Assembly: GCA_964536645.1 (NCBI GenBank)
Contig: CAZHYD010000001.1
Coordinates: 1-38,423, forward strand
DNA length: 38,423 nucleotides
Reading direction: 5' to 3'
From: an uncultured Ruminococcus sp.
Lineage (GTDB): Bacteria; Bacillota; Clostridia; Oscillospirales; Acutalibacteraceae
Under the pieces are notes generated by a model. It was not told where the DNA came from, did no database searches, and was given only the letters and a program-made list of their open reading frames with translations. Of the stretch, positions 1-10,119 are shown piece by piece. Position 1 is the first letter of the stretch. Every line of letters starts with the position of its first letter. Made by a program: the position numbers and the translations under genes.

Positions 1-290
1 TCTGCACTGCGGATAGCTGCTGCGATTTCATCCCTTGATTCTTCGGCAGCTGCACGGCCGTTGTCGGGGTTACCGCCTGCGCCCATACCTGCAGTGGTCT
101 TGTCACCAATTTGAATTTTTTCGGTTGCTTTAGATTTAATGAGGGCTGCTTTATCGGTGTTGATAGCAACAAACTCAACACCTCTAACGCCGGCATCTAC
201 CATGCGGTTGATAGCGTTACCGCCACCGCCGCCTACACCGACAACTTTGATCTGAACTACGTTTGCTTGATCTTCAACTTGAAATGGCAT
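1..290 (-). CDS. ftsZ: Cell division GTPase FtsZ, N-terminal part only; the gene runs off the left edge
   Basis: The reverse complement from ATG at 290-288 reads [31 protein letters not shown]...AINTD...GMGAGGNP. These are the tubulin/FtsZ G-box motifs GGGTGxG-like and GAGGNP. The gene sits at the end of the dcw cluster. Confidence 0.9.
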   Translation of the reverse strand, partial: MPFQVEDQANVVQIKVVGVGGGGGNAINRMVDAGVRGVEFVAINTDKAALIKSKATEKIQIGDKTTAGMGAGGNPDNGRAAAEESRDEIAAAIRSA

Positions 291-342
291 TTTAAATTCC
301 TCCGTATTTATATCAATTTGCTATTTGTGTCTATACAATAAG

Positions 343-371
343 ATATTATCACATAATATTTTATTTTTCAA
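343..371 (-). promoter_or_regulatory. Sigma-A-like promoter upstream of ftsZ
   Basis: Minus strand reads TTGAAA (371-366), a 17 nt spacer, then TAATAT (348-343) with TGn immediately upstream (extended -10). It lies in the 113 nt AT-rich gap between the ftsQ stop and the ftsZ start. Consensus match only. Confidence 0.4.
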
Positions 372-403
372 TAGTTTTTATTACAAAATTGTAATTTTTT
401 TAA

Positions 404-1195
404 TTAATCTTGAGCATTCTCCTTAAAAGTGCCCTGCATATTGTATTCTTCCCACATTGAAAGGTCAATTTTTCCGCTTTTTTCCTTAGAAATACTATTT
501 ATCATACCGCCTAAATGCTTAATTTTTTGAGTAAGATTATTCGATGTTCCAAGCTCTACTAAAAAGCGGTTTTCAACAAACAGCGTAAGATTTAAGCTAT
601 CGCTGACATCAATGCTTTGCGCCGTAATTGAAGTGCTGGCAAGGGCCGAATTTATCTCCTCGATAAGCAGTTTTATGTCAACCTCTGCTATAGATATTTC
701 ACTACCCACTTTACAGTCGGCAATAAGGCCCGAAACCACGGTAAGATTATCCGGTTCACTTTCGGTTTCTTCCATTACCCAACCGCTTTGACTGACGGTG
801 TAATATTTGCCGTCAACCAAATAGCAAAGGTATTTGTCGGCATCGCAAGCAGTAACAACAATTGTCCCCGGCAATTTTCGTTTAACGGTAATGCTATCTA
901 TGTACGGCAAGCGAGATTTCAGCGTATCTTCCATACTTTTTGCCGAAACGGTAAACAGATTACTCTGCTTATAGGCTTCAAGCTCGGCTAAAATTTCGAC
1001 ATCGCTGTAGACAAGACTGCCCGAAGCTTCAATATTTTCCACAGGGAAAAATACCGTAAGCGAAAGAACGGCCGCCGTCATTAAGAGCACGACTGTAAAT
1101 ACGGCAAAAAATATCTTCATTCGCCTTTTCCGTATCTGCTTTTGCCTGTATATTCTCTTTTTAATGAAAGCGTCTTCGGTTTGCACCTTTTTCAA
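404..1195 (-). CDS. ftsQ: Cell division protein FtsQ/DivIB (bitopic, POTRA domain)
   Basis: 263 aa with a basic N-terminus, one TM helix (IFFAVFTVVLLMTAAVLSLTVFF) and a POTRA-like segment (IEASGSLVYSDVEILAEL...LPYIDSITVKRKLPGTIVVTACD). TTG start with an AAGGAA upstream. Sits between murA and ftsZ. Confidence 0.75.
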   Translation of the reverse strand: MKKVQTEDAFIKKRIYRQKQIRKRRMKIFFAVFTVVLLMTAAVLSLTVFFPVENIEASGSLVYSDVEILAELEAYKQSNLFTVSAKSMEDTLKSRLPYIDSITVKRKLPGTIVVTACDADKYLCYLVDGKYYTVSQSGWVMEETESEPDNLTVVSGLIADCKVGSEISIAEVDIKLLIEEINSALASTSITAQSIDVSDSLNLTLFVENRFLVELGTSNNLTQKIKHLGGMINSISKEKSGKIDLSMWEEYNMQGTFKENAQD

Positions 1196-1207
1196 AATAT
1201 CATTCCT

Positions 1208-2461
1208 TTATTTAAGAACTATATCGGCACCAAGCCGTTTTAAATGTTCGGTTATATTGTCGTACCCGCGCTCTATGTGGGAAATCTCCCCTACTACAGT
1301 CGTCCCGCTTGCTGCAAGGCCTGCAATAACAAGCGCCGCCCCGCCGCGAAGGTCGGTACATTTGCATTTAGCGCCCGAAAGCGAGTCTACACCTTCAACA
1401 AGGGCAACCTTACCCTCGGTTTTAATTTTGGCACCAAGTCTTCTAAGTTCGTCTACGTATCTAAAACGGTTTTCAAATATATTTTCTACAAAAACGGTAG
1501 TGCCCTTAGCTTTGCAAAGCATAGCAATAACCATCGGTCCCGCGTCGGTCGGAAAAGCGGGATAAACAAGGCTTCTTACGGTAGGCACTCTGTGCAGTCT
1601 TTCGGGAGATTCCAGCTTCAGTGCCTTGCCCGAAACGTCGATTTTGCATCCGCTTTCGCAAAAAACCGATAATATCGCCTTCATATGCGAGGGCATAACT
1701 CCGTTTATAACTACCTCTCCCCCTGTGACCGCAGCGGCAGACATATAGGTAGCCACAGCAATTCTATCAGGGATAATCGTGTGCTCGGTAGAGCCAAGAT
1801 GCTCTACCCCGTGTATATAAACAACGTCCGAGCCGCAACCGTATATTCTGGCCCCTGCGCTGTTTAAAAAATCGGCAAGGTCGCTGATTTCAGGCTCTCT
1901 GGCCGCGTTATGTATTACAGTAACGCCCTTTGCCTTTGCGGCAGCAAGAATAATGTTTTCGGTAGTGCCAACACTCGGGAAAGAAAGGGTGATTTCTGCA
2001 CCGTGAAGACCGTTGGGTGTATCACAGTATAAAAAGCCGTGTTCCTCTCTTATGTTAACCCCCATTTTTCGCAAGGCATCAAGGTGCAGGTCAATGGGTC
2101 TTGGACCCAATTCACAACCGCCCGGACTGCTTATAACAGCCTTTCCTACCCTGCCGATTATTGCGCCCAAAAACACTACCGACGAGCGCATTTCCCGCAT
2201 AAGCTCTTCGGGAATTTCACAGCCCGTCACAATCCGTGAATCGACCGTTACGGTGTTTTTTTCTTTATAAGGTTTTATTCCGAGTTTAAGTAAAATTTTA
2301 AGTGAAGTTTCAACGTCCGAAAGTGTAGGGCAATTATGTATTACAGACTCACCCTCACAAAGAATGGTTGCCGCCAATACCGGCAAAACGCTGTTTTTTG
2401 CTCCCTGTGCAGAAATTTCGCCCGCAAGGCGTTTTCCGCCGTGAATTACAATTTCGGACAT
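1208..2461 (-). CDS. murA: UDP-N-acetylglucosamine 1-carboxyvinyltransferase
   Basis: MSEIVIHGGKRLAGEISAQGAKNSVLPVLAATIL... is a typical MurA/EPSP-fold N-terminus, and the length is about right. I chose the start at 2461 (GAAGGTG SD about 5 nt upstream) over the ORF-track start at 2482. Confidence 0.9.
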   Translation of the reverse strand: MSEIVIHGGKRLAGEISAQGAKNSVLPVLAATILCEGESVIHNCPTLSDVETSLKILLKLGIKPYKEKNTVTVDSRIVTGCEIPEELMREMRSSVVFLGAIIGRVGKAVISSPGGCELGPRPIDLHLDALRKMGVNIREEHGFLYCDTPNGLHGAEITLSFPSVGTTENIILAAAKAKGVTVIHNAAREPEISDLADFLNSAGARIYGCGSDVVYIHGVEHLGSTEHTIIPDRIAVATYMSAAAVTGGEVVINGVMPSHMKAILSVFCESGCKIDVSGKALKLESPERLHRVPTVRSLVYPAFPTDAGPMVIAMLCKAKGTTVFVENIFENRFRYVDELRRLGAKIKTEGKVALVEGVDSLSGAKCKCTDLRGGAALVIAGLAASGTTVVGEISHIERGYDNITEHLKRLGADIVLK

Positions 2462-2521
2462 TTGTGCACCTTCCCATAGCAAGCTTTTTACAGTTCATAC
2501 TATGCGAAAATGCTTTTTTGG

Positions 2522-3637
2522 TCACACAGCGGTATAAAGTTGCATTAAAACCCGATAAATTCTTTCATTTGAGTCAAGAATTGAACTTTTTACTGCTGCC
2601 TCGCTCATCGTGTTAAGCTTTTCTTTGTTTTCAATAAGGTCTTTCACAGCCGCAATAAGTGCTTCGCTGCTTAAGTCCTTTTCCTCAATAATTTCGGCCG
2701 CGCCGCACTTTTTAAGCGACATTGCATTGTGGAATTGGTGATTTTCCGCAACGTAGGGCGACGGAATAAGTATAGCCGGCTTGCCGCAAGCCTGAAGCTC
2801 GCTTAAGGTTATGGCACCTGCCCTGCATATTACAAGGTCTGCCGCCGCCATACAAAGATCCATATCGTTAATATATTCTCTCAAATCGACCATATTCGAA
2901 AGCTCGATACCCGAAAGGGCATCTTTCATAGTGTTATAGCCGATTTTTCCCGTAGCGTGAATATGATAAAACTTATTCGTGCCGTTGTGCCACTTGATAA
3001 ATTCGGTTACCGCTTCGTTTATTCTGCGGGCACCTAACGAACCGCCAAAGGATAAAATAAGCGGTTTGTCATCCTTAATGCCAAGCTTTTCCCTTGCCTC
3101 TTTGTAGGACATTGAAAGCAACTCCGAACGAACGGGATTTCCCGTTATAATCGGCTTTTTCTTAAGATTTAAATACTGCTCGGCTTCGGGCATGGCAAGC
3201 ATAACCGCATTGGCACCTGGCGCCAAAAGTTTGGTCGTAACACCCGGGAAAGCATTTTGCTCATGAATAGCGGTCTTTATGCCTAGTTTTTGAGCCTGCT
3301 TGAGTACGGGTCCGCTTACGTAACCGCCGGTACCTACAACAATATCGGGGTTTATTTGCTTTATGAGTTTTTTAGAATCACTTGAAGAAACAATAGCTTT
3401 TTTAACTGCCTTTACGTTTTTAACAAGATTTTCAAAGCTTATTTTGCGCTGAAAACCTGCAACGTCGATGGTATAAAAATCGTATCCCTTTTCGGGAACC
3501 AGCCTTGCTTCAAGCTTATCGGCGGTGCCTATGTAGCTGATCTCGGCGTCGGGGTGACGCTCCTTTATATAGCCCGCTATGGCAAGCGCCGGATTTATAT
3601 GCCCTGCCGTGCCGCCCCCTGCAAAAAGAATACGCAT
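2522..3637 (-). CDS. murG: Undecaprenyldiphospho-muramoylpentapeptide beta-N-acetylglucosaminyltransferase
   Basis: MRILFAGGGTAGHINPALAIA is the MurG signature. 371 aa, AGGAGAG SD, dcw context. Confidence 0.9.
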   Translation of the reverse strand: MRILFAGGGTAGHINPALAIAGYIKERHPDAEISYIGTADKLEARLVPEKGYDFYTIDVAGFQRKISFENLVKNVKAVKKAIVSSSDSKKLIKQINPDIVVGTGGYVSGPVLKQAQKLGIKTAIHEQNAFPGVTTKLLAPGANAVMLAMPEAEQYLNLKKKPIITGNPVRSELLSMSYKEAREKLGIKDDKPLILSFGGSLGARRINEAVTEFIKWHNGTNKFYHIHATGKIGYNTMKDALSGIELSNMVDLREYINDMDLCMAAADLVICRAGAITLSELQACGKPAILIPSPYVAENHQFHNAMSLKKCGAAEIIEEKDLSSEALIAAVKDLIENKEKLNTMSEAAVKSSILDSNERIYRVLMQLYTAV

Positions 3638-3649
3638 AAACTTCTCTCC

Positions 3650-4783
3650 TTAACCTTTTTCAATGTTTGACTGCCGCGATATTGAAAGTATAATACCCAT
3701 TTCGCAAAGCAAAATCATAAGTGAAGAACCGCCGTAACTAAAGAACGGCAGGCTTATTCCCGTATTGGGAATGGTGTTTGTTACAACAAGTATATTAAGC
3801 ATAGCCTGAAGGCCCACTTGGAAAGTAAGGCCAACCGCCATTAATGAACCAAATTTATCGGGCGCGTGCATAGCAATTTTAAAGCCACGCCAAATAAGCA
3901 AACAAAAGAGTAATACTATTATAACGGCGCCTACAAGACCCAATTCCTCGCAAACGATCGAGAAAATAAAGTCGTTGTGAGGTTCGGGCACCCAAAGATA
4001 TTTTTGTCTTGACTGGCCGATTCCTCTGCCCAAGAGCCCACCCGAGCCTATTGCCAAAAGGGACTGAATTGTCTGGTAGCCCGCACCCGTAGCATCTGAC
4101 CACGGGTCAAGCCAATATTGCAAACGGTCGCTAACGTAACTGATAGCACCCGAAAGCATAAATACCGCTATTGCTGCAACACCCAAAATACCGCCCGCAA
4201 CCAGATATTTTTTTGCAATACCGCCAACAATTAACAAAACTGCGCCTATACATACTAAAAGCAGTGTTGCGGAAAGGTGTGGCTCAAGAATTATAAGAAC
4301 AGCCATACCTCCGAGCAATGCCACAAGAAATGCTATAAACCCAAGTTTATCCATAAGCTTGTGGTTAGCGGCTATAAGTGAAGAAAAGAGTAAAATTATT
4401 GCAAATTTCGCAATTTCGGAAGGTTGAAAGTTAATAGGCCCTATTACAAACCAGCGTTTAACGTCCATTCCGCTTACCATAGGCGGAACTATCAAAAGAA
4501 AAATCAGCAGTCCCGCGGTAATAACGTAAACGATCCAGGCAAATTTGCGCAACCAATGATAGTCCGCAAGGGAAATAATAAGCATTAACGCCACGCCGAT
4601 TATCGCAAACATAAGCTGCTTTGAAATAAACTTGTAACTATTGCCGTAATACTGAAGAGAATAAGCATAACTTGCAGAAAAAAGCATTACAAGACCTACT
4701 GTAAGCAATATAAGTACAAAGCAAAGAAAAGGCAAATCCATTTTGCCGATATTTCTGTCACGTCTTGTCTTTTTTGTTGCCAT
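3650..4783 (-). CDS. ftsW: SEDS-family peptidoglycan glycosyltransferase FtsW/SpoVE
   Basis: 377 aa polytopic membrane protein with SEDS motifs (PEPHNDFIFS, LPFFSYGGSS). GGAGGAGGTG SD. Lies between mraY and murG. Confidence 0.85.
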   Translation of the reverse strand: MATKKTRRDRNIGKMDLPFLCFVLILLTVGLVMLFSASYAYSLQYYGNSYKFISKQLMFAIIGVALMLIISLADYHWLRKFAWIVYVITAGLLIFLLIVPPMVSGMDVKRWFVIGPINFQPSEIAKFAIILLFSSLIAANHKLMDKLGFIAFLVALLGGMAVLIILEPHLSATLLLVCIGAVLLIVGGIAKKYLVAGGILGVAAIAVFMLSGAISYVSDRLQYWLDPWSDATGAGYQTIQSLLAIGSGGLLGRGIGQSRQKYLWVPEPHNDFIFSIVCEELGLVGAVIIVLLFCLLIWRGFKIAMHAPDKFGSLMAVGLTFQVGLQAMLNILVVTNTIPNTGISLPFFSYGGSSLMILLCEMGIILSISRQSNIEKG

Positions 4784-4813
4784 TTATGCCACCTCCTCCA
4801 AAAATTATAAGTA

Positions 4814-5833
4814 TCAGAAATTAAATATAACAGGCAAAAGTGCTATTGCACAACCTACAAAAGTTACCAAAGAGAATACAAAAACTATCTTTTGTTCGGA
4901 CCATCCGCACATTTCGAAATGGTGATGCAGCGGTGCCATTTTAAATATACGCTTTTTGGTCTTTTTATAGTATGCCACCTGAATAATATCAGATACGGCG
5001 TCCATTAAATACGTAATACCTGCAAGGATAAGCAGGATAGGTCTTCCTATTGAAAAGGAAATCGCAACCACCATACCGCCAAGGAACATTGAACCGGTGT
5101 CACCCATAAATACCTTTGCAGGCTTTGCATTCCAGCATATAAAACCTGCCGTAGCACCTGCCAATGCAGCGCAAATAACGTTTGCAGACATTACATTAAG
5201 TATAGAACTTGCTATCATAAAAGCACAGGCAACCACTAAGGTCACGCTTGAAGCAAGACCGTCAATACCGTCGGTCAAATTAACGGCGTTTACAAAGCCG
5301 TATATAAACATAACCGCAATAGGCCAAAAAACAAGTCCTAAACCGCTTGTTATGCTTACCTCACCTAAAAAAGGAATGTTAGTTGTTTTCATTCCGCCAA
5401 GGTAAAGTGCAAAAAGATAAAGAGCCGAAATAAAAAGCTGTAAAAAGGTTTTCTGACGAGCTGTAAGGCCGAGATTTCTCTTCTTTACAACCTTTATATA
5501 GTCGTCAACAAAACCTATCGCGCACATACAAAGCGCCATTACAATGCCCGCTAAAAAGCGGCTCATTCTTCCAATGTCGTGAAGCTCGGAAAAAAGCCTT
5601 GCTTTTGTAAAAATAGCATACCCCAGAGCCACGCTTACACCAAGCAAAAGACCTGCGACCATCATCACGCCGCCCATAGTTGGTGTTCCTTGCTTTTCTT
5701 TGTGCCAGTTAGGGCCGATGTCAAGAATAGTCTGCCCAAATTTAAGCTTTCTTAAATAAGGAATTACTACAAAACCAAGCGTAGCCGTTACGCCAAAAGA
5801 AATTATTGCGGCCATAATAATTGTAAAATCCAT
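4814..5833 (-). CDS. mraY: Phospho-N-acetylmuramoyl-pentapeptide transferase
   Basis: 339 aa membrane protein with NAVNLTDGIDGLA and MGDTGS MraY motifs. GAGGAG SD. Confidence 0.92.
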   Translation of the reverse strand: MDFTIIMAAIISFGVTATLGFVVIPYLRKLKFGQTILDIGPNWHKEKQGTPTMGGVMMVAGLLLGVSVALGYAIFTKARLFSELHDIGRMSRFLAGIVMALCMCAIGFVDDYIKVVKKRNLGLTARQKTFLQLFISALYLFALYLGGMKTTNIPFLGEVSITSGLGLVFWPIAVMFIYGFVNAVNLTDGIDGLASSVTLVVACAFMIASSILNVMSANVICAALAGATAGFICWNAKPAKVFMGDTGSMFLGGMVVAISFSIGRPILLILAGITYLMDAVSDIIQVAYYKKTKKRIFKMAPLHHHFEMCGWSEQKIVFVFSLVTFVGCAIALLPVIFNF

Positions 5834-5837
5834 AATT

Positions 5838-7262
5838 TTACTTCTCCTCAGCTAAAGCTTCTGCTATTACTTCGCGTTCGTCAAGATGAATCGTTTTGTC
5901 GGCAAGGATTTGATAGGTTTCGTGACCCTTGCCCGCAAGAACTATTATATCATCTTCCTTTGCTATATTGATAGCGTATTTTATAGCTTCTATACGGTTT
6001 TCAATAACCTTATAAGGTGTGGGAGAGCCATCCATACCTACAAGTATGTCTTCAATTATTTTCGAAGGCTCCTCACTGCGCGGATTATCGCTTGTAACTA
6101 TAACAAAATCGGCATATCTCGTTGCAATATTGCCCATTTGCGGCCGTTTTGTTTTGTCGCGGTCGCCACCGCAACCGAAAAGCACTATAAGACGGTTTTT
6201 ATCGCATTCCTTAAAGCTTTTAAGAATGTTTTTAAGGCCGTCGGGTGTGTGGGCATAGTCGATAATTATTGTAAAGCCTCTGTCGCAGGGTACTACCTCT
6301 GCCCTGCCCTTAACTCCTTCCAGCTCGGCAACGGCTTCTGCTGCTTCGGCAATTGGAATTCCCGTTTCAACCGCGCAAACCAATGCCGCTAAAGAATTAT
6401 AAACCGTAAAGGTGCCGGCTGTGTTAACCTTAATATGTTTAATATCAACATCGCTTACAAACTCATATTCCACACTTGCGGGCTTATATTTGATAGCCTT
6501 TGCGCTGTAGGTTGAATCGTTACCCGTGGAATAGGTCACAACCTTGCAGTCAAGGTCTTTGATAATTTCTTTTGAATACTCATCGTCGCTGTTAAGGACG
6601 GCGGTTTTACACATTTTAAAGAGCTTTTTCTTGGCTTCAAGATAATTTTCCATTGTTAAATGGTAATCAAGATGGTCTTGCGTAAGGTTGGTAAATACAG
6701 CCACCTCAAAATCAAGGTCATACACACGGCACTGGTCAAGCGCGTGGGATGAAACCTCCATAACAACGTGGGTACAGCCGTTATCCTTCATACGCGCAAA
6801 AAGCGCATTAAGGTCATAAGCGCCCGGAGTTGTGTTTTCGGTTTTGTAAACCTCTTCACCAATCATATTCTGAATTGTGCCGATAAGACCTACCTTAAAG
6901 CCCTGCTTTTCAAGAATTTTCTTGAGCATATATGAAGTAGAGGTTTTGCCGTTAGTGCCCGTAACACCGAAAAGTTTAAGGCTTTTTGCAGGCTCACCGA
7001 ACCATTTCGCAGACATTTTGGCATACACAGCGTGAGTATTTTCAACCAAAATTTGATTTTCAAGTCCCGTATCTTCCTCTGCGATTATAACCGCGGCGCC
7101 CGCGTCACTTGCCATTTTAGCAAAGCTATGGCCGTCACTTTTAGCGCCCTTGATACATACAAAGGCAAAGCCCGACTTTACCGCTCTTGAATCACAGGTA
7201 ATCCCCGTAATATCAAGGTTTGCAAACCTTTCATCGCATTTTAACAATTCGTTAAGCTTCAT
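5838..7262 (-). CDS. murE: UDP-N-acetylmuramoyl-L-alanyl-D-glutamate--2,6-diaminopimelate ligase (Mur ligase)
   Basis: 474 aa with P-loop GVTGTNGKTST, DNPR motif (TSDNPRSEEP) and typical Mur ligase layout. Follows the PBP gene as in other dcw clusters. Confidence 0.88.
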   Translation of the reverse strand: MKLNELLKCDERFANLDITGITCDSRAVKSGFAFVCIKGAKSDGHSFAKMASDAGAAVIIAEEDTGLENQILVENTHAVYAKMSAKWFGEPAKSLKLFGVTGTNGKTSTSYMLKKILEKQGFKVGLIGTIQNMIGEEVYKTENTTPGAYDLNALFARMKDNGCTHVVMEVSSHALDQCRVYDLDFEVAVFTNLTQDHLDYHLTMENYLEAKKKLFKMCKTAVLNSDDEYSKEIIKDLDCKVVTYSTGNDSTYSAKAIKYKPASVEYEFVSDVDIKHIKVNTAGTFTVYNSLAALVCAVETGIPIAEAAEAVAELEGVKGRAEVVPCDRGFTIIIDYAHTPDGLKNILKSFKECDKNRLIVLFGCGGDRDKTKRPQMGNIATRYADFVIVTSDNPRSEEPSKIIEDILVGMDGSPTPYKVIENRIEAIKYAINIAKEDDIIVLAGKGHETYQILADKTIHLDEREVIAEALAEEK

Positions 7263-7278
7263 TACTTTCCTCCGAAAA

Positions 7279-9528
7279 TTATCTGTCTACGCTGGTTTCA
7301 TCTCTAAAATAAACCGTAACTATGCTTCCCGCATCAACCGTTTCACCGGCTTCTATGCTTTGCTTGTATGCCTTTAATCCGGCAGAACTTATATTGCCTG
7401 AAAATTCAACGTTTATACCGGCAGTTGCGGCCGCTTTGTTAACCTCTGCCGCGGTAAGACCCACAAAATTAGGTACACTTACAACCTCATCCTCGCTATC
7501 CTCGGTATAAAGTATCACAATACCGCCAGAAAGCACTTGATTTCCCGCTTCGGGAAGCTGGCGCAGTACCGTTTCACCGTTGCCTACTACCCTATACTGT
7601 AAATCAGAATTATTAATTTTATTCTTAGCTTCACTTAGTGTCATATCAACAGTTTCCGGAACTGTTACCGTAACTTTGTTAAGCTCTTCATCGGAATAAC
7701 TTGCAACGTAGCCAAGATAAGGCAAAACGTCTGACATTATTCTTGAGTTTACGGGCGCTGCAATAATACCGCCGTAATACTGACTTCCCGTAGGTTCGTC
7801 AAGCAAAACAAGCACTGCTATTTCGGGATCGTCAATAGGCGCCACCGTCACACAGGAAGAAATGTAAAGGTAATCGTTACCGCTTGTCAAAATTTGTGAA
7901 AGCTTTTGCGAAGTACCCGTCTTTGCGCCTATGTCGTAACCTGCAACAAGGGCATTTTTTGCGCCGTTTTCCGAAACGTATTCCATAAACTTGCGCATTG
8001 TATCAGAGGTTTCTTCCGAAATCACCTGACGTTTGTAATCGGTATTCGTTACCTTTACAACGCTGCCGTTTTCGTCAATTATTTTTGAAACCAGGTGCGG
8101 TTGAACAAGATAACCGCCGTTAACAACTGCCGCAACACCCGTTATAAGTTGAATCGGGGTCACGTTAAAGGTCTGACCGAAGGATTCCGAAGCCAAGTTT
8201 ATAAGTGTCATATTTTCTTCGGCGTGGTAGGTTGAATTACCTTCGCCCGGAAGGTCAATACCTGTCTTTTGGGTAAAGCCAAAGGCCTTAAAATATTTTG
8301 AAAAGAGTTTTACTCCCACCAGCTGACCTATAGTTATAAATGCAGGGTTGCAGGAGTTGGAAAGAGCTTCCATAATTGTTTGCGAGCCGTGACCGTGAAG
8401 CTTGTGGCAGTCGTAACCTTGTGAAGCAACGGTTGTATGACCCGAGCAATAAAACGTCATAGAAGAGCCTACAAGGTCCTCCTCTAAAGCCATAGAAGCC
8501 GTAAATACCTTAAATACCGAGCCGGGCTCGTAACTGTCCGAAACGGCCTTGTTACGCCACTGCTTGTTAAGAAGCTCACTTCTGAGCTTGGATTTTGCCT
8601 CATAATTGGTTTCGGCATCAACAAGCGACTGGTCACTTTCAGAAAGGACGAAAGGCTCATTCGGGTTAAAGTCGCCCTTTACCGCCATAGCAAGCACAGC
8701 GCCCGTGTTAACGTTCATAACAATAGCAACACCACGGTTTGCAACGGCATTTTCTTCAATGGCCGCTTCAAGATACTTTTCTGCGGTATATTGCACGTAA
8801 TTATCAATTGTTAAAACCAGCGAATTTCCCTTTTGCGCGTCCTCAACCTTTTCGTATGTCAAAGGAAGGTCGGTACCTACCGCATTTTTAGCGGCAATAA
8901 CGCGGCCTGCAATACCCGTCAAGGTGGTATCGTAATAACTCTCAATACCTGCGAGGCCCTGATCATCAGTACCCACAAAGCCTAAAACTACCGAAGCCAA
9001 ACTGTCGCTTGGGTAATATCTTTTGGTTGTTTCCTCAAGCCCCACGTGACTTGCAAGACCTAAATTCTCATATTCTTCTGATGCCAAAAAGCTTCTCACG
9101 GCATCAGCATCTTCCTTTTCGATCTTCTTTTTAACAATAACGTAGTAACTGTTGGCGCTTGTATTTTCATAAACTGTGTCGCGGTCAACGTCGAGTATTT
9201 CGGCAAGGTTATCCGCTAAAACAGTTTTAACCTTTTCGCGCTTTTCATCGTTATCAATTGCCTTAATACTGTTAGGTGTTATGTAAACCGTCCACGCGGT
9301 AGTGCTTGTGGCAAGTACCTGCATATTTGCATCATAAATATCGCCTCTGGGCGCAGTTACAAGGCTATCATAAAGTTGCTGTTCAGAAGCCATACTTTGA
9401 TATTTTTCACCGTTAACAATCATTATGTTAACAAACTGATAAAGGGTTACGGAAAAAAAGAAGGCTATAACTACGACCATAACCACTACTGTTCTGACAA
9501 TCATTTGTTTGCCGGGTTTTACAGCCAT
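7279..9528 (-). CDS. Class B penicillin-binding protein (SpoVD/PBP2B type) with two C-terminal PASTA-like repeats
   Basis: N-terminal TM, transpeptidase SxxK (GSVFK), SxN (SNSCN), KTG (AKTGTS) and two PASTA-like segments near the C-terminus. I chose the start at 9528 (MAVKPGKQ..., GGAGG SD 6 nt upstream) over 9564, which abuts a hairpin. Confidence 0.85.
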   Translation of the reverse strand: MAVKPGKQMIVRTVVVMVVVIAFFFSVTLYQFVNIMIVNGEKYQSMASEQQLYDSLVTAPRGDIYDANMQVLATSTTAWTVYITPNSIKAIDNDEKREKVKTVLADNLAEILDVDRDTVYENTSANSYYVIVKKKIEKEDADAVRSFLASEEYENLGLASHVGLEETTKRYYPSDSLASVVLGFVGTDDQGLAGIESYYDTTLTGIAGRVIAAKNAVGTDLPLTYEKVEDAQKGNSLVLTIDNYVQYTAEKYLEAAIEENAVANRGVAIVMNVNTGAVLAMAVKGDFNPNEPFVLSESDQSLVDAETNYEAKSKLRSELLNKQWRNKAVSDSYEPGSVFKVFTASMALEEDLVGSSMTFYCSGHTTVASQGYDCHKLHGHGSQTIMEALSNSCNPAFITIGQLVGVKLFSKYFKAFGFTQKTGIDLPGEGNSTYHAEENMTLINLASESFGQTFNVTPIQLITGVAAVVNGGYLVQPHLVSKIIDENGSVVKVTNTDYKRQVISEETSDTMRKFMEYVSENGAKNALVAGYDIGAKTGTSQKLSQILTSGNDYLYISSCVTVAPIDDPEIAVLVLLDEPTGSQYYGGIIAAPVNSRIMSDVLPYLGYVASYSDEELNKVTVTVPETVDMTLSEAKNKINNSDLQYRVVGNGETVLRQLPEAGNQVLSGGIVILYTEDSEDEVVSVPNFVGLTAAEVNKAAATAGINVEFSGNISSAGLKAYKQSIEAGETVDAGSIVTVYFRDETSVDR

Positions 9529-9564
9529 TTTTATGCCTCCTTTTAAGTCTCTTATTATGCCCAA

Positions 9565-9596
9565 ATACGAGAGCTGATAAAAATCAACTCTCGTAT
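9565..9596 (-). other. Intercistronic stem-loop between ftsL and the PBP gene
   Basis: ATACGAGAG (9565-9573) pairs with CTCTCGTAT (9588-9596). Inner TGAT/ATCA pairing extends the stem around an AAAA loop with one mismatch. There is no U-run, so it is not a canonical terminator. Confidence 0.35.
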
Positions 9597-9634
9597 AGCT
9601 TCTTAATAATTATATTTTTACCTTTTTGCGCTTA

Positions 9635-10099
9635 TTACTCACTTACAAAGGTACCATCCTTAGTAATAGCGCAATTCGTGTTATTCACGCGTATATACGT
9701 GACGTTTTCTTTTTCGGGTTTCTGCATTCCAAGACCAACCGCTTCAAGTTCAAGATTAGCATAAGAAATTCTTCTGTTCATTTCAACCTCAAGAGCGGTC
9801 ATTTCGCTGTCAAGCTCGGCTATTGCAGATTTAACGTTGTTAATTTCAGCGTTAACCTCGTTTATTTCAAGACGAAGAGCAATATTTCCGCAAAAACCCG
9901 CAAGCACAAATACGGCACACATTAAAATATATACGGGTGCCGAAAGAGCGCGGGTTGCAGCCTTTTTGCGCTTAACTGTCTTTACGGCAGGCTTAGGCAT
10001 AGCAATAACGTTATCACGTTCTCTATTTTCAGCCGTTTTGGGCATAAACATATCAAAATCATATGCAAGACTGTCATTATAATACTTGATATTGTTCAT
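9635..10099 (-). CDS. ftsL: FtsL-like septum formation protein (bitopic, coiled coil)
   Basis: 154 aa with a single TM (VYILMCAVFVLAGFCGNIAL) followed by a heptad-like region (EINEVNAEINNVKSAIAELDSEMTALEVEM). Sits between rsmH and the PBP gene. AAGGAG SD. Confidence 0.6.
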   Translation of the reverse strand: MNNIKYYNDSLAYDFDMFMPKTAENRERDNVIAMPKPAVKTVKRKKAATRALSAPVYILMCAVFVLAGFCGNIALRLEINEVNAEINNVKSAIAELDSEMTALEVEMNRRISYANLELEAVGLGMQKPEKENVTYIRVNNTNCAITKDGTFVSE

Positions 10100-10119
10100 T
10101 TTCCTGCTCCTTACAAGTC

